DNA from: Octopus bimaculoides
Lineage: Eukaryota
Assembly (NCBI RefSeq): GCF_001194135.2
Contig: NC_068982.1
Location: forward strand, 114,267,056-114,327,953
Length of the DNA: 60,898 nucleotides
Direction: 5' to 3'
Part shown: positions 13,241 through 27,324 of the stretch, one piece after another
Numbering within the stretch: position 1 is the first letter of the stretch
Layout of the letters: each line of letters starts with the position of its first letter
The notes under the pieces: model-generated
The model's input: the letters and a program-made list of their open reading frames with translations, nothing else
The model's database searches: none
What the model was told of the DNA's origin: nothing
Made by a program: the position numbers and the translations under genes

Positions 13241-15189
13241 TCTTGCTGGAATTACATCACCTCGTTGCAACTCAATTGTATGCTCTTCTATATTTCATGG
13301 CACTCAACACAGATTTTTACCTTCACAAATTACTAAGCATCACATGAAGGCGTTTCTTCAAAATTATTGTTACTTTTTTTTAACCTGAGACCAACCAGCG
13401 TTCAAAGACATTCCAGTCATGACCATTCCATTTTTCAGAGTTTCTAAGACTTAATAATCTTATGTATTTTGCCCATAAATAAAAGATGAGGTGTGATTTG
13501 AGGGGTTTTTTCGATGCTTCTTCTAGCAGATCGAACGATTACATGCAGATTTCCTCAGTGGCTCCGTCAGTTTCTATTTCCAGGGTCACTAAATCGCAAA
13601 ACACGCCTTCCTCCATTTACTGCACCATCCGACAACTTACGTTCCATCTGGAGTTCTTAGTTTCATTCACTGATCTGATATGAGTGATATATTACACTCA
13701 ACGAGTGGTGGATGGTCTCCTCAAACAAGGATATGGAGCAACTTCTCTTATCTATACCAATTTCTCATCTACATTCTACCTCTAAAAGATTCTTTTCAGT
13801 TAATCATCCAGTTCTTATAAAGTTGTTATTTTCTAAAATTGATTTCAAAACATCTGCATTATTAATAAATCAGTTACAATTTTCTTTGCACAAATTGTTG
13901 ATTTGTTGGAGATGCACAATATCTCGCAGCTGAAAGCTAAACATGTATCCCGAAGATAATCATTGTGGCTCCAATTAATCAATTACAACTAAATAGGCCA
14001 ATACCAGTTTACTGTGGAATTGAAGGGTCGTACTTAGACTATTGTCTATTCAGTTACTATTGACAAGTAATTGCTGCGACTGAAAGAACATTTACACATT
14101 AAAAAGTAAATTAACGAAAATTGTATTTGCTTCTGAATTTGCTGCAAAAGAATAAATACGGTGGTGAGAGAGAAACGGCCGAATCATATGGCTCCATATA
14201 TTTTACAACCTGCATATTTCTATTGCTAAACATTCATGTGAAAAAAGGGGTTAAAATGTTAGCTATCTCTTTTCAAAATCACTAAATATTTGCAATCGGA
14301 TTTTTTTTTTTTAATTAAATAAATACGTTATTATGCTGAATGGTGAATGGAATCGAATAGCTGTACCGATCGATGATATCTGATAGACTTTCTCCTGTAA
14401 TTATTTCATGATTTCACGCAATTTTCTTCATAATATCGAAGGACATTTTACACATATTAAAAGTATCTTTGTCTAGGATCGTATAACGAACTATATTTGT
14501 TTATTATTTATTTATTCATTTTTAATGAAATTTACCCAGAGAAACATTTATTAACGTTAATCTGATTAATAAATGATGGAGCTTCAATATAGTCACTTAA
14601 AAGCTATGGAAACAACTTTCAAACAGTAAATAATGTTCAATCCCTTGAACTAGTCATTTATCCTGCTAAAATTGCCGAACCACAAACATTTTTCTTAAGT
14701 TTTTTTTTTAATTTCTTTGTTTTTGTTCCACATTAAACCTTCTCAATAGTTTGCTGGTGTGAAACAACCAATTTAATAAACTCTAATAATTACTATTAGT
14801 CAAGTAGTTCATAGATAATGAAATAATAAAAGCTTTATTGATATATTTAGAAGAGGTACGTAAGGATAGAAATATATTTGAAGTTGTGAACGCAGATACA
14901 TACCAGACACCCCACCAAACACGCACACACACACACACTTATCATTCACAAACTTAGATCTTGTTTATTTAGAAATTTAGCTTATTTTAAATGGCTAACA
15001 TCTCTCACTCCCAATGTCTTATATTTTTAAATAGAAGGAATATTTCAAATGCATTTCTGAAGTCTTCCTGTAAATGAATATGGTATGACACGGTAATCTC
15101 GGGCGACGCAGTTGTATTAATACATGCATATATAAATACATGCAGTCAGACAGACAGAGAAGCAGTAGACAATCAGACACAACAATATA

Positions 15190-16520
15190 CTAGGTTGAAT
15201 CAAAAGGTTTTTCGGATTTCTCTGATGCATTTTGGCAACTTGAATCTCCATGTTACACCATCACTTCCGTACCTCTTGTCTAATTGTTGTTGAAATGTTT
15301 AATCTTTATTTCCTTATATAAGCATTAATTGTTTATTCTGTATTTTAAAGTTTTGATAAAGAGTTGTGAAAAAAATTGCATGTAGAGCCATTTTACGCCA
15401 TCTGTGGAAAAAGGGACTAAATGTAAGGCCCTGAAGCTGTCAACGTACGTGCGGCACAAAACTGTTTCAGACGTTTCAAGGAAAGTGATACCAGCCTGAA
15501 ACTCAAACCAAGATGTAGGAGATCTTTTATTGTAGAAGATGAGGATTTGTTTGAAATGGTTACACAACATAAGCAATCATACATTTTCAGCAGAAGTTGG
15601 TCCTTCACAAAGCGTCATCAATCGATATCGCCATAAGTTCGGCCCTGTGAAGAGACGTTGTCAAGAAGCTCCTCACGAACTCAGCAATGACCAAGCTCAA
15701 CGATGTGTTGTGTCGACGCCCCCAAGCGGAGAAGTTGGATCGCCAAGACATATAAATAGAGGTAGTCGAGCCGTGGTAGAGAAGTTTGTAGAGGAGTTCA
15801 GTAGCTGTTGAGTAGCAGCCGTGTAGAGATCATTCGAAGGTGCTAGATAGCAGTAACTTGAGACATAACACGATGTGTGAATGTTTGCAGGCAATTGCTA
15901 GCAAATTCTCGATATGCCCGCTTTTGGCGTCGAATGGTAACTGAGGATGAAAAATGAATGTTTTCATAATCCTTGTACGAGAAATCAGTGACTTCGTTCC
16001 GGTCAGTCTTCATAATCTATTATCAAATAAGGGCGATTTGAATAGAAGGTATGTTTTGTGTTTGGTGGAAATTCGATGCAGTGTTGCACTTTGGGCTTGT
16101 CTCAGATAGTCATGCTATGAACGCTAACATTTATACTCAACAACTGCAGTCAGTAAATGATGCTCTGAAAGCCCGCTACTCGACAGTGGTCATTCGAACA
16201 TACGCACTCCTACAGCATGACACTGCCAATGAGAGAGAGCAGGCGCAAATTTGATAAATTTGAAGGGCTGAAATTGTTGGCTCATTCAAGACCTTGCACC
16301 ATCAGATTACCACTTTCCTGAGCCATGGCTCCTTTCCTGCAAGATCTGAGATTCAACAATGTTGGTGAAGTTCAAAACGGGTGCAGGAAGTGTTTTGCCT
16401 CTTAACCAGCCAAATGTTAAGAATATCATAGGATACATTTTGATGAATAAGTGCTTTTCTTATGTAATTTGTTTGAACTATTAATTAATGCTTGAAATAC
16501 TCTGTTGATTCAGTCTGATG
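15190..16520 (+). mobile_element. decayed mariner element carrying a nested solo LTR
   Basis: Motifs: APHELSNDQAQR (WVPHEL), FWRRMVTEDEK, FCVWW, LLQHDTA (DNA motif) and DLAPSDYHF. The ends resemble degenerate TIRs (ctaggttgaatcaa at the left; rc cagactgaatcaa at the right). Confidence 0.72.
15706..15870. mobile_element. 165-bp solo LTR (TGT...ACA, 5-bp TSD CGATG)
   Basis: Begins TGTTGTGTC and ends GACATAACA (inverted, 8/9 match). CGATG flanks it at 15701-15705 and 15871-15875. TATAAATAG at 15751. Excision restores the mariner frame QRCVNVCRQLL. Confidence 0.8.
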
Positions 16521-16582
16521 TATATATGTTTGTATGTATTTATATGTATATATCTCTATTATATAGATATATATATATACAG

Positions 16583-16653
<71 letters not shown>

Positions 16654-17146
16654 CATGTAAAGGTAAGATCCATGGATCAAGGTGCAGGAAATTAGTAAGC
16701 TTCAAGTGATCCGTAGAAAGCAACTTACAGGAAGAACAGTAGTTTATTGGCGCAGAAGATTGGCAATATTTCCCCTTATCGAAGTACCAAAAGAAGATAA
16801 AAAGTAATTTTATAGTTCACAATTAGCAACAGGAGTTGTATATGCGAATAAACATTCAAAAATTAGGGAATAGAGTAGATAAAATCCAGGATACATATGT
16901 TTTATAGCTAGCGGAAACCCGGAAGTAGTAAATTAACCAAACGAGGGGTTGACCACAATCTACTTTTCAGGACATGATACCTTGATTTTTTTTTTTTTTT
17001 TTTAGATTGGTCAAATTGATGTAGACACGTCTGGTGAGACTCCTAGAAGATTCGAAAAGCGATTGGGGTTGTTCATCATATCTACTGAGAAATAGCTATA
17101 TTATCCCTGCAAAGAAATCGACTAAGTAAGTTACACACACACATAC

Positions 17147-17195
<49 letters not shown>

Positions 17196-18406
17196 CACAC
17201 ACATNNNNNNNNNNNNNNNNNNNNNNNNNNNNNNNNNNNNNNNNNNNNNNNNNNNNNNNNNNNNNNNNNNNATATATATATATATACATACACTCACGCA
17301 AATATATACACATACACACGCACAAACACAAAACACGCGCTCAGATATATATATTTTCTTTGTATGAACTTATTCGGTAGTATGCCTTCACACAGTACAC
17401 TTTATCAGGTTAACGTGCTACTCTAATTCCCGTATTGCATTATAACCTTAGTATTCAAATAGGAATACAAAATATTGTTATTAACATGAGTTGCATATCG
17501 TCAGAAATTATCACAAAACCAATTATTGATATTTGAAATGTATTATGTGTACTTTTCAAGAGGTTACGTAAAATCTTGTTACCTAGGCGCAACTCACATC
17601 AGTAATTTAAAAGCGAAATAAACTGAAGGGATCAAGTTTTACTTTGCATATATTAGTAGACAGGATAAAGAGTCACATAAAACCATAAAGAATCATGGAA
17701 AGAGAAAAGTGTTAGGAAAGGCAACATTCGAATAAATATCTAAGGAAAAGGACGAGTAATTAAAATAAATGTTACCTTTAACTTTTAAATGGTTTGCGTT
17801 AAACCGGATGACGGAATAAGTCTACAACTAAGGAACATGATGGTTACCTGTAGCAATCTTACACCCTCTTTCTCTCTACCAAAATTCCCTTGTAAGGTGT
17901 TTTACTTACGAGTCTTTAATAGAAATCTTTTTCCAAAATCTTGGGCAATGATATAGAATCCGAAAGCACATAGTCGAGAAGCGAATCTCTTCACCACACA
18001 ACCATCATAATATCTTATCTTTGCTACCTATAATAAAAGATTTCTTGAATTGTAACAAACTATTGCACAAAATGGTTCTGCCTACAAACAGATGCTATGA
18101 TGCTTATGATATGACGTTAGAGAGTAGATCGACGCCAGTGAAGATCGTTATCGTCGCCATTGTGCAGATCGCCTTCGGGGAACGATGTCGAATACAACTG
18201 AGTGGACAGCCTGACGTAGGAGGATAAAGAAGACAAACGAGAAAGAAGACTATGAAAGAGAAGAGAAATAAAATCATAGAGAATACTGCAGATGTTGCTA
18301 TATAAGGAGGAGGAGGAGGAGGAGGAGGAGGAGGATTGTAGTGAAGGTGTTACCTCTGCATTTTAGCCGTTCGGTGTCAATAAACACACATACACATACA
18401 CACACA

Positions 18407-18468
<62 letters not shown>

Positions 18469-18714
18469 ATCAGTCTGTCTGTGTCTCTCTCTCCCTCCCC
18501 TCACATTGAATTTTATAGTTGTATCTGTAATTCAAGATCCTCGCCTTGTGACAATGTCTCATTCTGATACTCACTGAGAATTGTGCTAAGAGTGCACGTG
18601 CCGGCGGAATTCTCAGTCATTTATACGTTAATTTCAGGAGGAATTCGGTTGGAAGAATATCTGAATGCTCACCGTTACCACCGAGGGGAGATCCACCATA
18701 GCACTTCCAGATAA

Positions 18715-18890
18715 TTCTTTCTCCTATAGACACAAGGCCTGAAATTTTGTAGGAGGCGAGTAAATCGATTTCATTGCTTCCGAAAGGGTGAACGGCACAG
18801 TCGAGCTCGGCAGTATTTGAACTCAGAACACAAAGACAGATAAAATTCCGTTAAGCGTTTTACCTGACGTGCTGACGATTATGGCACTTC
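18715..18890 (-). mobile_element. SINE family A, degenerate with internal deletion
   Basis: cacaaggcctgaaattt...ccgaaagggtgaa...gtcgagctcggcagtatttgaactcagaac. Confidence 0.65.
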
Positions 18891-19345
18891 TAGATAATGC
18901 CTTAATAATATAGACGACGGTGGTTGTAATGGTGATGTATTGTAGTTGAGTTGGTGATGCTGATGGCAGCGGTGATGGGGGTTGTGGTGGTGATATTTCT
19001 ATTGTTGTCGTTGATGGTGCTAATGGTAGTGGTGATGCATGTGGGTGATGGGGTGGCTTTTGTATATTGGTCGTGTTGTTATTGAAAGTGCTGCTGGCGA
19101 AGTTAGTGGTGGTATTAGTATAAGATAGACAGTAATGGAAAAAAAAAACATAAAATTAAATTAACGTAGAGCCTGGCATAAAACCTCATGCTCTTCCGTC
19201 CGGTGTTCCAGCTGAGACAGTTATGTAAACCGGCAAACGTATCCTGTATTATCGTGAAACAAATTAGCATGCTTTCACACATACACAGACATACATATCA
19301 CATACTATCACACATATCGCTTTATCTGTTTCTCTNNNNNNNNNN

Positions 19346-19385
<40 letters not shown>

Positions 19386-20413
19386 CACACACACACACAT
19401 GAGTCTATATACATGCATGTGTGCATGAGTGTTGTGTAAAGCAGTATGTTTTAATCAGGAAACATTATATAAGGTTAGGTCACTGGAATATGTTATGTAA
19501 TAACTAGAACGAATCTGAAGCAAGCTGACGGTTGCTAAATAAATATGAAAACGGCAAATCTTATTAGAAAACTTCCTGGTTAACAGTGCAGGTAAGTGGG
19601 TAACGAGACGGACAAATGTTGTCTAGACAGAGGATTTCTGTTGTTTCAGTACGTCGAAAATTTTCGTTGATGTAGGTCAATAGAGTAAAGTGAACACGAA
19701 AATATATAATGAGCAGTGAAAGAAAAAACAGAGATCGTGTACGTGAGAAAGAGAAATATATGTAATTTTTAAAAGGAGTTTTAGAAAATGATGTCTGTAT
19801 ACGTTTCATCATCATTCTTCAGTAATTCTAATTAAGTGTAGCCACTGCAATAGAATTTAACAGGTGTATTCCACGAAAAGACGTAAAATACTAGTTAATC
19901 TCGCTATGTTAACAAAGCAGCTGCTTTTGATGTTGAAGTAGCGAATCTGCAAAACGGAAGATTAACCATTATAAAATAATTACTCGTTTGCTTCAGATAA
20001 AGTTTTCGTGTAAAATAAAAAGGGAAAATAATGGATAGATTGAGGTTCTCGACTGATTGATTATTTTAAAACTTCTAATGAAATATAAGTTAATTCTTCT
20101 TTAAGTGTTTCGATAGTTGTGTGTGGTTATCGGTGGAATCACATTTTTAAATTCAAATTTAATTTTTTTTTTTAGATTTTTCTTTTGAGATTTCTATTTA
20201 ATAATAATAAAAAAAGATTTTACGTAAAATCAGTATTAATTCTCAAAAAGAGCGTCTTAGCTTAAACAGACGAAATAAATGTTGAAAGCGAATAAATGAA
20301 TCGGATTGAATATTCGCTTCTACACTTTAAACTAATAGTTTTCAAATATACTCCGCGGCACACGGATACTTTGCAAAAGGCTTCTACTGCCTCAAATTAA
20401 AAAAATATTAATA

Positions 20414-20790
20414 GGTGTAGGCGTGGCTGTGTGGTAAGAAGTTTCCTTCCTAACCACATGGTTCCTGGTTTAGTCCCACTGCGTGGCACCTTGGACAAGT
20501 GTCTTCTGTCCTAGATCGTGCCGCCCGATGCCTTGTGAGTAGATTTGGTAGACAGAAACTGAAAGAAGCCCGACATATGTGTCTTCGTGTTTGTCTTCAT
20601 AACTGCTTGACAACCGGTGTTGGAGTGTTTACGTCCCCGTACATTAGAGGTTCGGCATAAGAGATCGATATAATATATGTACCACACTTCAAAAAAGTAT
20701 TGGGGTCGATTCATTCGACTAAAAATTCTTCAAGGCGGTGCTCTAGCATGACCGCTGTCTAATGACTGAAAGCAATAAAAGATTAAAGAT
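20414..20790 (+). mobile_element. tRNA-derived SINE family B (CORE-like ccttg(g)caagtg motif)
   Basis: A-box-like tggctgtgtggt and B-box-like ggtttagtcc, then ggcaccttggacaagtgtc...gaaactgaaagaagcccg...ggcggtgctctagcatgaccgc. Confidence 0.85.
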
Positions 20791-20974
20791 ATCTCTAGAA
20801 AACCTATAATAATAATTGAGAGTTTTGAAAACGGTACTATACGTAAATTTGTCATTTATAAGTATCGTTAATATATAGTCAGCAATAGTTTTCTATATCT
20901 TTCTAAACTCTTGACTTAAAACCTTCCATATGTCACGCGTCTAAAATACAGTCACTGCCATAAACCTTCTAATA

Positions 20975-21197
20975 CTTATCTCTTTATTCCCCTCAAGGGG
21001 ATAAACATAGAGAAGACAGACAAAGGGATTAAGTCGATTACATCGACGCCAGTGCGTAACTGGTACTTAACTTATCGACTCTAAAAGGATGAAAGGCAAA
21101 GTCAACCTCGGCGGAATTTGAACTCAGAACGTAAAGACAAACGAAATATAGCTAAGCATCTCGCCCGGCGTGCTAACGCTTCTGCCAGCTCGCCACC
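20975..21197 (-). mobile_element. SINE family A (variant 3' end)
   Basis: aaaggcaaagtcaacctcggcggaatttgaactcagaacgtaaagac...cgcccggcgtgctaacgcttctgccagctcgcc. Confidence 0.85.
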
Positions 21198-21716
21198 GTC
21201 TAATAAACCTTCTAATACTACTAATTTTCACATTCAGCACTAATGCAAACAGGAACTGCCAGCAATAACTGCCAAATCTCCAACGAATCCCCATTCTACG
21301 TTTTTATATCTTCAAATAAAAGACTGGGTTGCCGCTGAGGGCTGATGGAGGGCTATGAATACCAACACACAGAGTCTGAAGACTCGAATTCCGTCGAAGC
21401 CACTTTTCTTTTCTCAGTCGGGTGTAGAAGCCTCCCTGTAATATTTCACCATGCGCTGACGTCAAAAATCCTGTTGTTGTCTTTACTTCCGTCTTCATTC
21501 ATCATTCATTTGGTTATCAGTATAAAATTATTCTATCACTCGTCTTTATATTTGTTTGTAAAGACGAATTTTCAGCCGTATTACATCAAACAGTTTTAGA
21601 TAAACATTTACCAAGCATACTTGCAAATACACATATATTTTTATAGCGCATATACATGTGTGTGTGAGAGAGAGAGAGGAGGAGGAAGAGAGAGAGAGGA
21701 GAGAGAGAGAGAGAGG

Positions 21717-21754
<38 letters not shown>

Positions 21755-22713
21755 ATGAGTGTACGTGTGTATATGTTATATGAACATACATATAAATATC
21801 CATAGGTGTGTGCTTTTATGCGTGTATTCATTGCTAATCTGTATACTGTAATTCTCCACAAAGCGAAGTACTACCTACAGTTTTATAAGACGTTATGATA
21901 CTGGGACACAATGGGTTGATTATCATAGGACAATTTGCATTGAATTTGAATTGTTACAGTTTAATAGTGAGAGGAGGAAAAGCTCGAACGGATAGGGAGT
22001 TCGAGATGGGTGATAAGAGCAAAATTTGCAGCTTCTGTTTGAAATTGTGTGCAAACTTAGTTATGTTATTGATTGCTTAATGGAGTGTCAGTTGACGGAT
22101 TAATTCGTTTAAAGATTTACAAAAATATGTCCGTAAGGCATAAGTTTTCATCTATTTGTAATGATAAAACTGCCTTTGTTGTTGTTGATAAATCATTGAT
22201 TTATGGCATCACCACAAACCAAATTATGGACCCAATGGTGTATATAAAATTACTTGAAATGGTAAGATATATTTTCGTTTTAGCTATGTGATAAACAATA
22301 GATTTCTTTAAATAAAATCAAATATAATCAATAGAAAATATCGATTTGACTTGTCCTACTTCTGACTAGAGTTTGTGTGGTGTGAACATTTGTAATTGTT
22401 GGTAATAATCCCACATGGAAATGATTATGATGCATTCACTTTAGGTAGTTTGGAAACTTGTTCTCTTAGAAAAACTTCAAACATTAGGTCGAAAGTTCAG
22501 TTCCAGACTGCATTTGCTATTTATTAGATATAATAAATAGATGTTGCTTGGATTCAATCAGAGGTTCTTCTTTATTATTAAAATGGTTCTATCATTTTGT
22601 TATTAAAATGTTCTTAAAGTGGATTTGCTAGGAAAATGTATTCACCATTAGCCGTCAAATTTGCAAAAGAAAAAAGAACAATAAAATAAACTTCTTTGTT
22701 TACTGATACTGTA

Positions 22714-23893
22714 CAAGGGTGGGCTAAAATGTTCAGAGGCTGACAATCAAAGAATGATGTAAGAACTGTAAAATCTTGTATGAATTAATTTCAATTCATT
22801 TCATTAATAACTACATTGTTTCTTTCCAGGTGGACTGACATCTGACAGTTTAAAGAAGACTGCAAAAGTAACTAGTCGTGACTTCTCTTCAAAATTGAAA
22901 ACAATTGACATTGTGGTGTTTTAATGCACACCATTCATGCATTATTAGGGGATGAAACCCCAACTTTAACAACAATGAAAAAGTGGACAGCTGAATTTCG
23001 GAGGAGAGGGAAAATGTTGAAGATAACCCAAGGTATGGACGTCCTGAAACTGCCACCGCCGAGGATTAAACTAACCGTGTTCACCGTGTGGTGATGGAGG
23101 ATAAATCAAATAGTCAACGCTATTAGCAGACCACGTGAGAGATGAACTTGACATGATGAAGGTTTCTGCTCGATGGGTACCACATCTTCTGATCAAAAGC
23201 ACATCATGTTGATCATATTACGGGAAAATCTGACATTGTTTGAAGCAGACCTAGCTGGTTCCCTAAGCCAGAATGACGGTTGGGTTTGTTACTTTGAGCC
23301 AGAGGCAAAGAGACAATCCATGCAGCGGAAACACCCCCTCCTCACCTGCTCCAAAGAATGTGATGGTCGTTTCCCCTGTAGAGAAGTGATGGCCTCAGTT
23401 TTGGGGGATGGAAAAGGCATAGTGTGGAAAAGGCATCAATGGAGATTACTATACCAAATTGTTGTGTCAGTTACGAAAGGCTATCAAGACCAAATACCCA
23501 AGATAACTGACGAAAGGGGTCTTGTTTCATGAGGACAATGCTCCAACAAATAAGTCCTTGGTTTCAATGGTGGTTGTGCGTGATTGTGGCTTTGAACTGG
23601 TTGATCACCTTCCCTATTCTCCAGATTTGTCCCCATCCGACTATCATGTTACTCTACATGAAAAAACACTTTGCTGGGAACCAGTATCGCAGTGATGATG
23701 ACGTCATAACTGCTGTTGATGATTCTTTTGACCAACAGGATGAAAATTTCTTCACAAATGAGATCCAAGCACTGCAGCACCTATGGAAGATATGTTTGGA
23801 CCGCAACGTTTACTATGTTGAAAAATAAAACTCATCTGGTCACATTTCATGAGAGTCTCTTGGTCAGCCTATGAACTCTTCAGCCGACCCTCA
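22714..23893 (+). mobile_element. mariner (DD34D) element, both TIRs, pseudogenised transposase
   Basis: TA-caagggtgggctaaaatgttcagaggctgac at the left matches the rc of the right end (TA-tgagggtcggctgaagagttcataggctgac). Motifs WVPHL (23173), NDGWVCYFEPEAKRQSMQ, HEDNAP, HLPYSPDLSPSDY, and the C-terminus YYVEK* at 23828. Multiple frameshifts. Confidence 0.9.
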
Positions 23894-23951
23894 TAGAAAA
23901 TATAACTGTGCAAAATAGCCATACAATATAGTTAGGGGAGCCGAGTGCATA

Positions 23952-25576
23952 CAGTAACGGCTATAATATAGGGGTCAGTAAGAACATGTGTATTGAAATA
24001 GTTATTATAGAAGATTAACTACACGTTGAGACCAGATATTTTACACATATTTATATATATCTAATATCTATCCTTTGTTAAACGTTCAAGTAAATGGAAT
24101 AAATATTTCGTAATTTATGAGGAAAGAAACAATTTTCCAAATTACAGCAGCCAAAAGTTAACGATCACTTAGAAAAAAGTGAACTACTAACCGAGGTATT
24201 TGTTGTTTAGAAGACTGTTAATGGGCTAACAGTAACTTCTTATGATCTTACATTATTGGAACATTCAACTGTCAACATGGCGGCTTCTGTGAGACGACTG
24301 GTGTCCTGTGATGAAAATCAAAGGATTGTGTGCCTTCACCAAGAGGGTAAATCAAATTCTGTGATAGTAACCACTGTAGGAAGATCTAGAAGTGTTGTGC
24401 AACGAGTTGTAGCTCGTTTTAAGTCATCAGGATCGACAGATGCTAAACCCAAGTCCGGTAGACCTCGTAAAACTTCACCAAGACAGGATCATGTTATGAT
24501 TAGAATGTCACTGAAAGATAGGTTTAAGAGTGCTATTGAGATATCCCGCGAGTTTAGCTCCACTTCCGATATCAACGTATCGCACAAAACAGTTTCTCGG
24601 AGGTTAAGAGGTTCTGGGTTGCTTGCTTGAGCACAGGCAAAGAAACCTCTGATCTCCAAGAAGAATCAAAGAGCCCGTCTTTGTTTCTCTCACGAACATG
24701 TCATTTGGACTGAAGAACAGTGGCTGCAGATTCATTTTAGCGATGAATCGAAGTTTTATGTGATTGGTTCCGATGGCGGGTTTACGTCCAACAAAGAATT
24801 GGTGAAATATTATCTCGTGAATATGTGAAGAAGACAGTGAAATATGGAGGAGGCAGTATAATTGTATGGGGAGTGATCTCTGCTGCTGGTTTTGGTCCAC
24901 TAATTCGCCTACAAGGGACTGCCAATGCTGAAGTATACAATCAGATTCTTAGACAGCATGCCCTTCCACATCTCCGTTCCTCGTCAGTTCATCCTCTTAT
25001 ATTCGTGCAGGACAACGCTCCCTGTTACACTACGAAGAGAGTCAAAGATCTTTTGGGTGATGAAGGGGTTGATCTAATGGAGTGGCTACCTCAAAGTTAC
25101 GATCTCAACCCTATAGAAAACGTTTGGAGGATTATTGGAGATGGGGCGCGAAGGAAAAATCCAAAGAACCATGATGAGTTCTAGAAATTATTGAAAAACG
25201 AATGGAATAATATTAATTCCATCATTTTGCAAGAAATTAGTTCAGTTCTGTGGTAGCAGATGTCAGGAGGTCATTGATAGTAAAGGGGTGGTCACAAAAT
25301 ATTAAAAGTAAGGATTTCTTTTTTGTTCTTGTTCCATTTTTCATTGTGTTTCTAAGTGACCCTTAAATTTTGGCCGGTGCAGTTAAGAAGATTATTTATT
25401 TATTTCCTCATAACTAACGAAATAGTTATTCCATTCACTCGACATTTTCACAAAAGATAGATATTAGATATATCTAAATATGTGCAAAATATCTAGTCTC
25501 AATGTTTTGTTAATCTTCTATAATAAATATTTCAATACACTTGTTCTTACTGGCCCTTATATTATGGCCGCTACCG
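23952..25576 (+). mobile_element. complete Tc1-family element with ~230-bp IR/DR-type TIRs
   Basis: TA at 23950-51 and 25577-78. Left ~23952-24180 is the rc of right ~25345-25576 (7 mismatches in the first 68 bp, more diverged inward). An inner repeat (ggcc..a..taa.ggtcacttagaa-like) echoes the outer end. Confidence 0.93.
24277..25305 (+). pseudogene. Tc1 DD34E transposase pseudogene
   Basis: MAASVRR...KSGRPRKTS...FSDESKF...KYGGGSIIVWG...QDNAP-(D+34)-NPIENVW...TKY*. Stops at 24628-30 (TGA) and 25182-84 (TAG). Frameshifts near 24780 and 25230. Confidence 0.92.
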
Positions 25577-27277
25577 TATTTAAGTAATTTAACCCTACAC
25601 CACTTTTATTTTCTGACGTTGAAAACATCGGAAATAATAAAGTCTACGTTTTTCGTTATTTAATTGCGAATCAGTATCTCTTCATAATTGTCGATTAGTC
25701 TCACTTTCCAGCGCCACACTATATGTACTATGAACATCTGCAGCAAGTTAGTTATGATAGTGCCTGCAAACAATGTCGAAAAGTTATCTCCCTTGATTGT
25801 GGAGAATAGAATACTCTCAACTATACTAGTATTTTCCTTAATTGCTGTATTTAATTATATTATTGAAAACATTAGAAATAATGAAACCCCGCTTTTTATT
25901 ACTTGTACACGTTTTCAGTAGCCCTTTTGTAATTTGAATATCTATTCTATGGTTAATTTACCCTTTTATCTTTCTATACTGGTGTTGACATCTATTCGTT
26001 AATACGCGGTAGTTTATTTACTGTGAATATAAAATAACCCCCAATAAGACTCTTTAACTCCATTATATCATTCAGTATTAATAGCAGATATTGCTAGATT
26101 CTCTCATTGCCTTATCTGCAACACGTCGCATTAACAAAAGACAGAATCATGAGAAAATCCTTTAAAATATGTCAGTGGAATGTGTGAGCCAAAATGTTGT
26201 CGATTCATCAGTTTATTTGGAAATTCTAATTTAGAGATCTCTTGCTTTACTATGAATGAATGAATGAAAGAATGAATGGAGTCCGGTTGAAGAACGTACA
26301 AGCTTTAAGATCACAGTTTCTGAAATACTTGTATTGAGTATCTTACAAAATGATTACAAAGTTGATAATTACGAATGGCAATTCAATTGAGCAAGTCACT
26401 ACCAGTGAGCTAATACGCAGGAGATTACTCTTGCACAGAAATCATGCCGATGCTCGGACAAGCGAGGAGACATATGAATAGAAACTAGACCTGCTAAGAA
26501 TAGCGTCCAAATCTTCCTAAAATCACAACTTAATGTCGTTAAAATAGAAGACTTTGCTTAATGTAAGTTTTAAATAACAGAAATAACGCCCAAAAACGAT
26601 ATGAATATCATGTTCGATCTGTAAAAAACGGAAATAACGAAAGGTTGCATAATGCAGAAAGGAGGAACTTGTACACTACAGCATATCTAACATTCATTAA
26701 TATTTGTGCGTTCAACGCAAATATCTAAATATTTTCCACAATTCAGTCATATTTTCTTTTTGAATTCCCCCAGTTTCACATCTTTGATATTTTGAGGTAC
26801 TAAAGATGTTAAAACTTTAGCATCAAGTCAAACATTAAAGTTTGTTTTAACACAGGCACATTCAAGATTCATGAAAAACAAGGGTTCATTAACCCCTGGG
26901 CTTCACATGCACGCTACTATGTTGATGAACAACTCAAGCTGCAGTTGTAATTTAGGTCCTTGCTTTTTAATGCCACATTAAAAGTAGACATTTACAATTT
27001 GAAAGGACTGATTGCCGGGATAGCTTTTTCTGTTTCTTTCCCGTCATCTCTTATATCCCTATTTTACAGGCATCGGCGATCAGGGACCTGACCATCAAAG
27101 CCTGAAGATTCAAGAATTTGGGGGAGGGTTAGAATAATTTCTCTTTGCCTACTACTTACAGTTATTTGCACTTTGTTTTGCAAGCGCCATACTCACCCGA
27201 TTTTACTTTTACTGTTTAACCCTTAGGAACGAAGACTGGTTCTCGTAATATCAGGGCATGATTGCACACAAGTGGGC

Positions 27278-27324
<47 letters not shown>

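Noticed and set aside
13560-13990. Minus-strand frame with an APE-like phrase (NGGRRVLRF) and a GTAAGT donor
   Set aside because: Other endonuclease motifs are absent and all frames are closed.
21895-22291. Two short ORFs with a possible donor at ~22261 or faint RT-like words (GVRDG, LLFEIV)
   Set aside because: No recognisable family, and the motif matches are too weak to separate from chance.
27070-27128. Possible plus-strand mini-exon after a polypyrimidine tract and ttttacag
   Set aside because: The donor is weak, the peptide is unrecognisable and there are no partner exons.
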